Shown: positions 15,189-22,567 of the stretch, piece by piece
Numbering within the stretch: the stretch's first letter is position 1
Layout: the number at the start of each line of letters is the position of its first letter
NCBI GenBank assembly: GCA_963814965.1
Contig: CAWFFA010000021.1
Span: forward strand, 15,793-47,792
Direction: 5' to 3'
Source of the DNA: an uncultured Verrucomicrobiae bacterium
GTDB taxonomy: Bacteria > Verrucomicrobiota > Verrucomicrobiia > Chthoniobacterales > UBA10450
Length of the DNA stretch: 32,000 nucleotides
Position numbers and translations under genes: made by a program
The notes under the pieces: generated by a model
Seen by the model: the letters and a program-made list of their open reading frames with translations, nothing else
Database searches by the model: none
Told to the model about the DNA's origin: nothing

Positions 15189-16888
15189 CAGAAAACACTT
15201 TCCGAACTTGGGACGGCGCAGATTTATTTTATCGCGGCTGGATCCCAACCCAGGCGACTAACAAAGCGTTGCTCCTGTTTCATCGCGGCCACGAACACTC
15301 CGGTCGCTGGCATGAGACGGTCGATTCGCTAGGCCTCGATGACGTCGCAATTTTCGCGTGGGATGCGCGCGGTCACGGCCGATCGCCTGGGGAACGCGGC
15401 GCGGCAAACAGTCTCCACGATGTGATCAAAGATCTGGACGCGTTCGTTCGACACATTTCCGAAGCGCACAGGGTTCCGATCGAAAACATGATCGTACTCG
15501 CGCACAGCCTCGCCGCTGTGACGGTGACTGCGTGGGTCCACGATTACGCGCCGCCGATTCGCGCGATGATTCTCGCGACCGCTGCATTTAAGGTGAAGCT
15601 GTACATTCCGTTTGCGATTCGGTTCCTTCGGATTCTTCGGCCGCCGTTTGTGAAGAGTTACGTGAAATCGAAAATGCTCACGCACGATCCCGAGCAGGCC
15701 GAGCGTTACGATTCCGATCCACTCATCTTTCGGCAAATCGCCGTCAATGTGCTCCTGGATCTTCACGACACTGCGAAACGGCTGGTGGCCGACGCCGGTA
15801 CAATCGATGCCCCGACCTTGATGATCGGCGCCGGTAAGGATTGGGTTGTTAGTCTCAAAACGCAGAAAGTGTTTTTCGACCGGCTTTCTTCACCCGAAAA
15901 ACGCTTCAAGATTTTTCCGGACGCCTATCACGCGATTTTTCACGAAACCAATCGTCGCGAAGTTGTCGATCTTGTCCGCGAATACATTTTGGAATGCTTT
16001 GCGAAACCACCAGAGCCCATGTCGCACCTGAACTCCGACAAGACAGGTTACACTGCGGACGAATACGAACGGCTAAAAAGAAATGGCAGCCCGGCGTTCG
16101 CGATTGTGCGCGGAAGTTTGGCGATCGCCGGACGACTGAGTCGCGGCATCGAGATCGGTTCCTATTACGGTTTCGATTCCGGCCTTTCGCTCGATTATGT
16201 TTATGAGAACCAACCCCACGGATCGTTAGGCGTGGGCCGCCTGATCGATCAAGCATATCTTAACAACATCGGCTGGCGCGGGATTCGCCGTCGCAAAGCG
16301 AATCTTGAGAAAAGCCTTCGCGATTTAGTTTTCAAAGTGCACGACGAAGGACGGCCGGTAAGAATTCTTGACGTGGCCGCGGGTGCGGGACGTTATGTCA
16401 TCGAGACGATTCGTGCAGTGACGGAAATTCCGATTGCTGCCTTACTTTGCGATTACAAACAGGAGAACGTCGAAGCCGCGCGTGCTTTGGCCGACCAATT
16501 GAATCTCAACGGCGCCGTTGTCACGCAGCATCGCGATGCGTTCAACCGGAAGTCTCTTGGTGATATTCATCCGCGGGCGACTATCGGAATCGTGTCCGGT
16601 CTTTATGAATTGTTTCCGTCAAACGAAGCGGTGTTGAATTCGTTACGCGGTCTCGTCGACGCGATCGAGCCCGGCGGATATTTGATTTACACCAACCAAC
16701 CGTGGCATCCGCAGTTAAAGTTCATCGCCCACGTGCTGCGCAATCGCGAAGGAGAACGCTGGGTCATGCGACGACGTACAACCGCCGAAATGGATGAGTT
16801 GGTGCGGGTTGCGGGATTCGAAAAACTCGACATGAAGATCGACGAGTGGGGGATGTTTACGGTTTCAATCGCGCGCCGTGGAGATTAA
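15185..16888 (+). CDS. Fusion protein: lysophospholipase/monoacylglycerol-lipase-like alpha/beta hydrolase + class I SAM-dependent methyltransferase
   Basis: The N-terminal half has HRGHEHSGRW, the nucleophile elbow LAHSLAA, and DWVV ... YHAIFHE. The C-terminal half has SAM motif I, VRILDVAAGAGRYVIE. The start forms an ATGA overlap with the upstream stop. Confidence 0.85.
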   Translation: MTENTFRTWDGADLFYRGWIPTQATNKALLLFHRGHEHSGRWHETVDSLGLDDVAIFAWDARGHGRSPGERGAANSLHDVIKDLDAFVRHISEAHRVPIENMIVLAHSLAAVTVTAWVHDYAPPIRAMILATAAFKVKLYIPFAIRFLRILRPPFVKSYVKSKMLTHDPEQAERYDSDPLIFRQIAVNVLLDLHDTAKRLVADAGTIDAPTLMIGAGKDWVVSLKTQKVFFDRLSSPEKRFKIFPDAYHAIFHETNRREVVDLVREYILECFAKPPEPMSHLNSDKTGYTADEYERLKRNGSPAFAIVRGSLAIAGRLSRGIEIGSYYGFDSGLSLDYVYENQPHGSLGVGRLIDQAYLNNIGWRGIRRRKANLEKSLRDLVFKVHDEGRPVRILDVAAGAGRYVIETIRAVTEIPIAALLCDYKQENVEAARALADQLNLNGAVVTQHRDAFNRKSLGDIHPRATIGIVSGLYELFPSNEAVLNSLRGLVDAIEPGGYLIYTNQPWHPQLKFIAHVLRNREGERWVMRRRTTAEMDELVRVAGFEKLDMKIDEWGMFTVSIARRGD

Positions 16889-17522
16889 ACGCAGCAGAGC
16901 GCTCGCAGTCTCAATCGGGCTGTCGATCTTGTTCCTAATCGTTTACGGCGGGTGCAACTGGATCACCGCGCGGCGCGCGAACGTCGGCACGTTCTTCTTT
17001 TGGTGGGAGATCGCGATTCCGTTCGTGCCGTTTTTTATTCTTCCCTACATGTCGATCGATCTGTTCTTTGTTGCCGCGCCGTTTCTCTGCCGAACGGAGC
17101 GCGAGTTGTCGATCTTCACGAAGCGAATTGCGACCGCGATCCTTGTCGCCGGAGTTTGTTTCCTCATTTTTCCGCTACGGTTCGCGTTTCCGCGGCCGCA
17201 CGCGGACGGCTCGCTCGGCGCGATCTTCGATTGGTTTCGCGGAATGGATGCGCCGTTCAACTTGCTCCCGTCACTCCATGCGGCGCTGATGTTGATTCTT
17301 GCCGACCTATACGTTCGGCATACGCGAGGAATGGTCCGGGCTTCGATCATCGTCTGGTTCACTCTGATCGCGCTTTCGCCGGTGCTCACGTACCAACACC
17401 ACCTGGTCGACATCGCCGGCGGATTTGTGCTCGCGGCGTTCTGTTTTTGGATCTTTCGTGACCGCGATTTGTCCTCGCCTCAGTTAAACCGCGTCCCTCA
17501 TAATCCTCAACCGCCCTTATGA
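16878..17522 (+). CDS. PAP2-superfamily integral membrane protein (PAP2_3 / IPC-synthase-like motif pattern)
   Basis: The motifs present are FPRP, PSLHAA and YQHHLVD (C1-, C2- and C3-like). The GTG start overlaps the upstream gene by 11 nt. Confidence 0.6.
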   Translation: MEIKRSRALAVSIGLSILFLIVYGGCNWITARRANVGTFFFWWEIAIPFVPFFILPYMSIDLFFVAAPFLCRTERELSIFTKRIATAILVAGVCFLIFPLRFAFPRPHADGSLGAIFDWFRGMDAPFNLLPSLHAALMLILADLYVRHTRGMVRASIIVWFTLIALSPVLTYQHHLVDIAGGFVLAAFCFWIFRDRDLSSPQLNRVPHNPQPPL

Positions 17523-17944
17523 ACTACAACGAACTGATTCAACTTTATTTCGAGCGCTCGAACGCGTTGCAAGGATATTGGAACCTTTATGTCGTGGTCG
17601 TTGGCGGACTCCTAGCGTTTTCATCTCTTCGCAAACAGCCCGCCGTAATCACGACCCTGATCGTGTCTCTGCTTTTCGGCTTGTTTGCTTATGAGAATCA
17701 CGACGCGATCCAGGTTGCGACAGCTCAACGCCTGGCAACGCATGAGGCTATTACGAAATTCGACGCTGGGGCCGCCGAGCCAACTGCGAAGCAAGTGCGC
17801 GATGTCTTGGAACCTACGTTAACGCCGGCCAGTCACGGGAGTGTGCGAATGACTCATGTTACCAGTGACATCCTTGTCCTTGCCGGGCTCTGGGCGATGG
17901 AATTGCGGCGAAGGAAATTGAAAGAAGGAATCGCCAAGCCGTAA
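17519..17944 (+). CDS. Hypothetical 3-TM membrane protein, last gene of the coupled lipid cluster
   Basis: The 141-aa ORF starts with an ATGA overlap on the PAP2 gene stop. I recognise no family. Confidence 0.55.
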   Translation: MNYNELIQLYFERSNALQGYWNLYVVVVGGLLAFSSLRKQPAVITTLIVSLLFGLFAYENHDAIQVATAQRLATHEAITKFDAGAAEPTAKQVRDVLEPTLTPASHGSVRMTHVTSDILVLAGLWAMELRRRKLKEGIAKP

Positions 17945-17968
17945 GGACGCGATTCAGGGGACAAAAAG

Positions 17969-18775
17969 ATGAACCGCACTCACATCAAGTGGCTTCCGAT
18001 TCTCGCCGCGCTTGGGTTTATCGCCTATCAATATCTTACCTCGGAAAAATTTGTGAATCCGGAGACAGGGCGTGCGAGCCACGTCGGCCTGTCGACCCAG
18101 CAGGAAGCAGCGCTCGGTTTGCAAACCTACCAGCAAGTCCTGTCGCAATCACAAACAATTAAATCGGGGCCGGAGTTAGACATGGTCCAACGGGTTGTCC
18201 GGCGGCTGGCCGCGGCGACCGGTGATGATGGGAAAGACTTTACCTGGAACGTATCGTTGGTTCAAAGCGACCAGGTGAACGCGTTCTGTCTGCCCGGCGG
18301 AAAAATTGTCGTTTACACGGGGATTCTTCCGGTCGCGAATAGCGAAGCTGCGCTGGCCACCGTCCTTGGCCATGAAATGGCGCATGCCACGTCCCGCCAC
18401 GGCGCACAACGTGTCTTCGAGCAGAACCTCACCCAGACCGCGATGATCGGCATCGCCGGCTCACTTTCGGATATGGATTACGAGAAACAACGAAGCGTAA
18501 TGGCTGCGCTGGGCGCCGGCGCGCAGTATGGCGTGTTGATGCCGTTCAGCCGCAAGCACGAATCCGAGGCGGACCATATCGGCCTGCTTTACATGGCGCG
18601 CGCCGGTTACGATCCGCGCGAAAGTATTGCGTTCTGGCAGCGAATGGAAAAAATGTCGAGCGCGCAACCGCCACAATTCCTTTCAGACCATCCCTCGCAC
18701 GGAACGCGTATCCAACAACTGGAAGGCTGGATGGCGCAAGCGACGGCGGAATACAACAAATCCCAGTCGCATTGA
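17969..18775 (+). CDS. M48 family zinc metalloprotease
   Basis: It has the HExxH motif in LGHEMAHATSRH and a downstream ESEAD segment. It also has an N-terminal membrane anchor. Confidence 0.9.
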   Translation: MNRTHIKWLPILAALGFIAYQYLTSEKFVNPETGRASHVGLSTQQEAALGLQTYQQVLSQSQTIKSGPELDMVQRVVRRLAAATGDDGKDFTWNVSLVQSDQVNAFCLPGGKIVVYTGILPVANSEAALATVLGHEMAHATSRHGAQRVFEQNLTQTAMIGIAGSLSDMDYEKQRSVMAALGAGAQYGVLMPFSRKHESEADHIGLLYMARAGYDPRESIAFWQRMEKMSSAQPPQFLSDHPSHGTRIQQLEGWMAQATAEYNKSQSH

Positions 18776-18794
18776 ATCGATTGGCGGAATACGA

Positions 18795-18931
18795 ATAGCC
18801 CAGCGTTTCAACGGTGGGTCACTAAAGCATTCAATAGCCAAGTCCGGTAGGACGACAGAAGAATTTCTTTCGTCCTCTTGGGACTTAGTTTGCTAGGAAA
18901 CAATTTTCCCAGGCTTAAAAGCCTGGGCTAT
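18795..18931. repeat. 137-bp REPIN-like doublet, copy B
   Basis: The termini are ATAGCCCAGCG-tttcaa-CGGTGGG and, on the reverse complement, ATAGCCCAGGCT-ttta-AGCCTGGG. The central hairpin is AGGACG...CGTCCT. It is exactly the same length as copy A. Confidence 0.65.
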
Positions 18932-18950
18932 GCTCGCCTTGTATTCCCTT

Positions 18951-19649
18951 ATGGGTTTAATCGCTGAAAATCTTGAGCGGGTGCGCGAGCAAATCGCGGA
19001 GGCGGCGCGCAAATCGAATCGAAGCGTTGAAGACATCGAGCTGGTGGCAATTTCGAAGACCCATGAGGCCGAGAAAGTCCGCGAAGCGGTCGAAGCCGGT
19101 CAGACTTTGTTTGGTGAAAGCAAGATTCAGGAAGCGCGGATAAAAATTCTAGAACTGCCCTCGAATTTGCGGTGGCACTTTGCCGGCCACCTGCAAAAGA
19201 ACAAAATTCGGCACGCGCTTCCGCTGTTTGAACTAATCCACAGTGTCGATTCGCTGGCGCTCGCTCAGGACATAAATCGAGTCGCAGAAGAAGAGGGCTT
19301 GCATCCGCGGGTGTTGATCGAGGTCAACGTGGCCGGAGAGGGGAGCAAGTTTGGTTTCGCGCCTGAGAAATTGCGCACAGACATGGAATCGCTGCTCGCT
19401 TTGCCGCGATTGTCGATTCTGGGTCTGATGTGCATTCCGCCGATCGCTGACGAAGCAGAAGGCTCACGAAAATATTTCGTTGAGTTGCGGGAGGTGCGCG
19501 ATCGCATTCAAGCGGAGTTTCATGTTGATCTTGCGCAACTCTCGATGGGGATGACGCAAGACTACGCGGTCGCGGTCGAAGAAGGCGCGACGCTGGTTCG
19601 GGTGGGCACGGCGATTTTCGGTGAACGCTCTAAACGGCAGAAAGATTAA
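18951..19649 (+). CDS. yggS: YggS-family pyridoxal-phosphate homeostasis protein (PLPBP)
   Basis: The sequence IAENLERVREQI ... VELVAISKTH (PLP lysine) ... HFAGHLQKNK ... LSMGMTQDY is typical of the family. The track start at 18930 lies inside the REPIN terminus, so I prefer the ATG at 18951. Confidence 0.9.
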   Translation: MGLIAENLERVREQIAEAARKSNRSVEDIELVAISKTHEAEKVREAVEAGQTLFGESKIQEARIKILELPSNLRWHFAGHLQKNKIRHALPLFELIHSVDSLALAQDINRVAEEEGLHPRVLIEVNVAGEGSKFGFAPEKLRTDMESLLALPRLSILGLMCIPPIADEAEGSRKYFVELREVRDRIQAEFHVDLAQLSMGMTQDYAVAVEEGATLVRVGTAIFGERSKRQKD

Positions 19650-19726
19650 GCCACAGATGGACACAGATCTTCACAGATTCTGAAATCCAGAACTCTGATC
19701 GTTCTTATCTGTGTAAATCTGTGGCT
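19649..19726. repeat. Inverted-repeat element of the CCACnnATGGACACnnAT family
   Basis: The left arm is AGCCACAGATGGACACAGAT. The reverse complement of the right arm is AGCCACAGATTTACACAGAT. The spacer is 38 nt. The element starts at the yggS stop codon. Confidence 0.5.
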
Positions 19727-19790
19727 AAGAATCGTAGATCGGTTCGGTAATTGCTATCAAGATCGGCGTTGTGGTAGAATTGGAATTCCA

Positions 19791-20105
19791 ATGCGCCTGG
19801 AACCGACGAACGTCCAGCAGATCGGCACTGAATTGGCGATCCGGTGGAACGACGGGACGGAATCGTATCTCGATCTGCAGTTCCTTCGCCGCGCCTGTCC
19901 GTGCGCGGCCTGCGGCGGCGAGCCCGACGTGCTCGGAAACGTTATGCGACCGAACGTGAGTTATTCCGACAACAGCTTCGAGCTCGCCGGATTTCAGGTT
20001 GTGGGCGGTTATGCCTTGCAGCCAACATGGCGCGACGGGCACGGCACCGGCATTTACAGCTTCCAATATCTCCGGCGAATTTCGCAGCCGGTGAGTTCGA
20101 AATGA
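19791..20105 (+). CDS. DUF971 (gamma-butyrobetaine-hydroxylase-like N-terminal domain) protein
   Basis: The sequence LAIRWNDGTESYLDLQFLRRACPCAAC ... YALQPTWRDGHGTGIYSFQYLR is typical of the family. Confidence 0.8.
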   Translation: MRLEPTNVQQIGTELAIRWNDGTESYLDLQFLRRACPCAACGGEPDVLGNVMRPNVSYSDNSFELAGFQVVGGYALQPTWRDGHGTGIYSFQYLRRISQPVSSK

Positions 20106-20533
20106 AAGTTCGAACCCGGTTCACAATCGTTGCGGCAAGCGCACTACTTTGCGCCGCAGGAATTTTTATTGTCAACGCCAGTCGCGATGAAATTGCCGAG
20201 GGCGATTTCGAATTCAAATCGACAAGTTCGACCTGGATGGATGACGGCTATCAACTCGCTTCAAGTCGAACGCCGCGACTGACGTTCCAACAACTTGAAA
20301 CCATCATTCGCAAAGATCCAACTGCAAAGCAACAACGCGGGAAGATTGAATTCGGCTCTGTGCGAATGGAGCAGGGGACGGCCCTGGCGGAAGTGATGTT
20401 CGTTAGCGACGACGGACACGTTCTGCCGATGCTTTACAAGCTTCTTGCCCAGCAAAATTCTTGGAAGATCGTGAACGTGCAGCGGATCTGGTACGTGCCG
20501 CGTTCGCACCTGCTGCGCGGAGTTAGGGCGTGA
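20102..20533 (+). CDS. Hypothetical membrane-anchored or secreted protein (possibly NTF2-like)
   Basis: The ATG at 20102 forms an ATGA overlap with the DUF971 stop. The N-terminal hydrophobic segment is FTIVAASALLCAAGIFIV. The upstream part of track ORF 19844-20533 is an out-of-frame read. Confidence 0.55.
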   Translation: MKVRTRFTIVAASALLCAAGIFIVNASRDEIAEGDFEFKSTSSTWMDDGYQLASSRTPRLTFQQLETIIRKDPTAKQQRGKIEFGSVRMEQGTALAEVMFVSDDGHVLPMLYKLLAQQNSWKIVNVQRIWYVPRSHLLRGVRA

Positions 20534-20536
20534 GAT

Positions 20537-20559
20537 GTAGAGGCGGCCGTGACGGCCGC
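20537..20559 (+). repeat. REP (type 2), 5' flank of RAYT-2
   Basis: The sequence is GTAGAG + GCGGCCG-tga-CGGCCGC. Confidence 0.65.
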
Positions 20560-20575
20560 AATTTAGTTCCCCCAA

Positions 20576-21040
20576 ATGATCAAAAATCGTCCGCCCCGAC
20601 TCGACGCGATCTTTCAGAGCTACGATAGGCCTTTATTTTTCGTAACGATCTGCACAATTCATCGCCGAAAAATTGGCGATCTGGACGCCGCACACCATGC
20701 GTTTCAAAAATATATTGCCCTTGGAATGCATGAGTTCGGCGTCGCTGTCGGGCGATACGTGATCATGCCAGACCACATGCATCTTTTTGTCTGTGGTGGA
20801 GATGATTTTAGGCTCGAGCAATGGGTCAGCGGGCTGAAACGATGTATTTCCGTCAGGCTTGGAGCAACAAAGAACCGCCCGCTTTGGCAACCCGGATTTT
20901 TTGATCATCTTTTGCGAAACAACGAATCGTAGGATCAAAAATGGGAGTACGTACGCCAAAATCCGGTTCGAGCACGACTTGTCAACCGGGCAGAGGAATG
21001 GCCCCACCAGGGTGAACATGTCTTGATTGATCGGGTTTGA
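20576..21040 (+). pseudogene. RAYT paralog interrupted by an in-frame TAG
   Basis: The HUH motif IMPDHMHLF is intact. There is a TAG at 20930-20932, and the same frame then continues as DQKWEYVRQNPVRARLV...LIDRV to the TGA at 21038-21040. The stop therefore precedes the catalytic Tyr. Confidence 0.75.
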
Positions 21041-21046
21041 ATACGC

Positions 21047-21072
21047 GCGGCCGACACGGCCGCCACTACACC
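21047..21072 (-). repeat. REP (type 2), 3' flank of RAYT-2, inverted
   Basis: Its reverse complement is GGTGTAGTG + GCGGCCG-tgt-CGGCCGC. Confidence 0.65.
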
Positions 21073-21084
21073 AACGGGGCCTTC

Positions 21085-22029
21085 CTACACGGGGATGGTG
21101 ATTCGTAACAACGTCGTGCCACCTTCGCGCGGCTGAACTTTCCGCTCCTTTAGCGCTGCTGGGACGAGTGCGAATTCGCCGGGACGAAGATCGACATCGA
21201 CACAGCGAACCGAGCCGGTCAAACAACAGATGATCGAGAACTCACCGGGCGGAACGATTTCACGCGCCGCTTCAAGGTTCCATTTCTGGATTTCGAAAAG
21301 CTCATTGCGGACGAGCAACTCGCCCTCGGGCTGAGTTAACGCCGGAGCGACATCGTTGAAGTCGATCGACTCGAGAGCCTGGTCGACATGAAGTTCTCGC
21401 GGCTTTCCGTTATCGTCGAACCGGTTCCAATCGTAGACGCGATAAGTGGTGTCGCTGTTTTGCTGAACTTCCACCAGCACGTTGCCGGCGCCGACAGCGT
21501 GAAATCGACCGGCCGGCAAAAACATTGAGTCGCCAGGCTTGACTTCAATACTGTGGACCACATCGGCCACCGTTCCCCCGCGCACGGCATCCGCGAATTG
21601 GTCCGGCGTGACGGCTTTCCGGAGTCCGACGTGCAACCTGGCGCCAGGAATCGCTGAGGCGACGTACCAAAATTCCGTCTTTGGTTCGCCCTTCAGTTTC
21701 GTGGCGATCGCTTCCGGTGGATGGACCTGCAACGAAAGTTGGTCGTGAGCATCGAGCAGCTTGATCAGCAGCGGGAAGCGCAGAGCATCGGGCACGTCAC
21801 CAAAAATCGTTTTCCGGTCGCGTGTCCAAAGCTCATGCAGCGTCCGATCCCGAAACGGCCCGTTCCGAACAACGCTTTGGGCTTCCGGTCGATCGACAAT
21901 TTCCCATGATTCACCGATTGTCGCCGTCGGCGGTGTTCGTTTTCCGAACAAGGAAGCGAGACGGTGGCCGCCCCAGATTCGTTCCATAAAAATGGGCTCA
22001 AAAGTCAGAGGGCAGAGTTCAGAGGTCAC
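21085..22029 (-). CDS. manA: Type I (cupin) mannose-6-phosphate isomerase
   Basis: The N-terminus is LTFEPIFMERIWGG. It has the metal-site motif LSLQVHP and a later FLPAGRFHAVG segment. The ORF is 314 aa and has a GTG start. Confidence 0.85.
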   Translation of the reverse strand: MTSELCPLTFEPIFMERIWGGHRLASLFGKRTPPTATIGESWEIVDRPEAQSVVRNGPFRDRTLHELWTRDRKTIFGDVPDALRFPLLIKLLDAHDQLSLQVHPPEAIATKLKGEPKTEFWYVASAIPGARLHVGLRKAVTPDQFADAVRGGTVADVVHSIEVKPGDSMFLPAGRFHAVGAGNVLVEVQQNSDTTYRVYDWNRFDDNGKPRELHVDQALESIDFNDVAPALTQPEGELLVRNELFEIQKWNLEAAREIVPPGEFSIICCLTGSVRCVDVDLRPGEFALVPAALKERKVQPREGGTTLLRITIPV

Positions 22030-22080
22030 AAGTCAGAGGCTGAAGGATGCCAGATTGTAGATTGCGGATTTCCGATTGCA
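22003..22080. repeat. Heptamer micro-arrays in the manA/vanZ divergent region
   Basis: Positions 22003-22044 read AGTCAGA GGGCAGA GTTCAGA GGTCACA AGTCAGA GGCTGAA. From 22052 the sequence reads AGATTGT AGATTGC ... GATTGCA. Confidence 0.55.
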
Positions 22081-22567
22081 AAACAGAGTAGGACTCGTCT
22101 TGAACATTAAGCTGTTCCATTTCGTCAAATACTGGATGCCGGCGATTGTCTGGATGGCGCTAATTTTTATCGGATCTACCGACATGCTTTCGGCCGAGCA
22201 TACGTCGCGGTTTCTGGCGCCATTTTTACGCTGGCTTGATCCCCAGATTACCTGGGCAACGCTGAACGCGGTCCAAACGATTATTCGCAAACTCGGACAT
22301 GTCACCGAATACGCCATTCTAGCGGCGTTGCTGTGGCGCGGGGTGCGCGGCGGCGCTGTTTGGAAATCGAAGATGTCGATCCTGTTTGCAATTGTTTGGA
22401 TCGCCTGCGCCATTTTCGCGGCAAGCGATGAATTTCATCAGTCATTTGTGCCGTCTCGCACGTCATCTTTCCACGACGTGATGATCGACGTTTGCGGTGC
22501 ACTGGTTGGCCTGACAATTTGTGTTGCACTGGCCTCCCGAAAGATTGTTAAACAGAAGAGTGCTTAA
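22076..22567 (+). CDS. VanZ family membrane protein
   Basis: It has the segments HVTEYAILAALLWR and SDEFHQSFVPSRTSSFHDVMIDVCGALVG. The start is uncertain; the TTG at 22076 and the TTG at 22100 are both possible. Confidence 0.75.
   Translation: MQNRVGLVLNIKLFHFVKYWMPAIVWMALIFIGSTDMLSAEHTSRFLAPFLRWLDPQITWATLNAVQTIIRKLGHVTEYAILAALLWRGVRGGAVWKSKMSILFAIVWIACAIFAASDEFHQSFVPSRTSSFHDVMIDVCGALVGLTICVALASRKIVKQKSA

Noticed and set aside
20930-20932. I considered the in-frame TAG in RAYT-2 as programmed recoding (pyrrolysine or read-through).
   Set aside because: There is no pyl gene context in the window and no known use in this phylum. A recent nonsense mutation or a base-call error is far more parsimonious.
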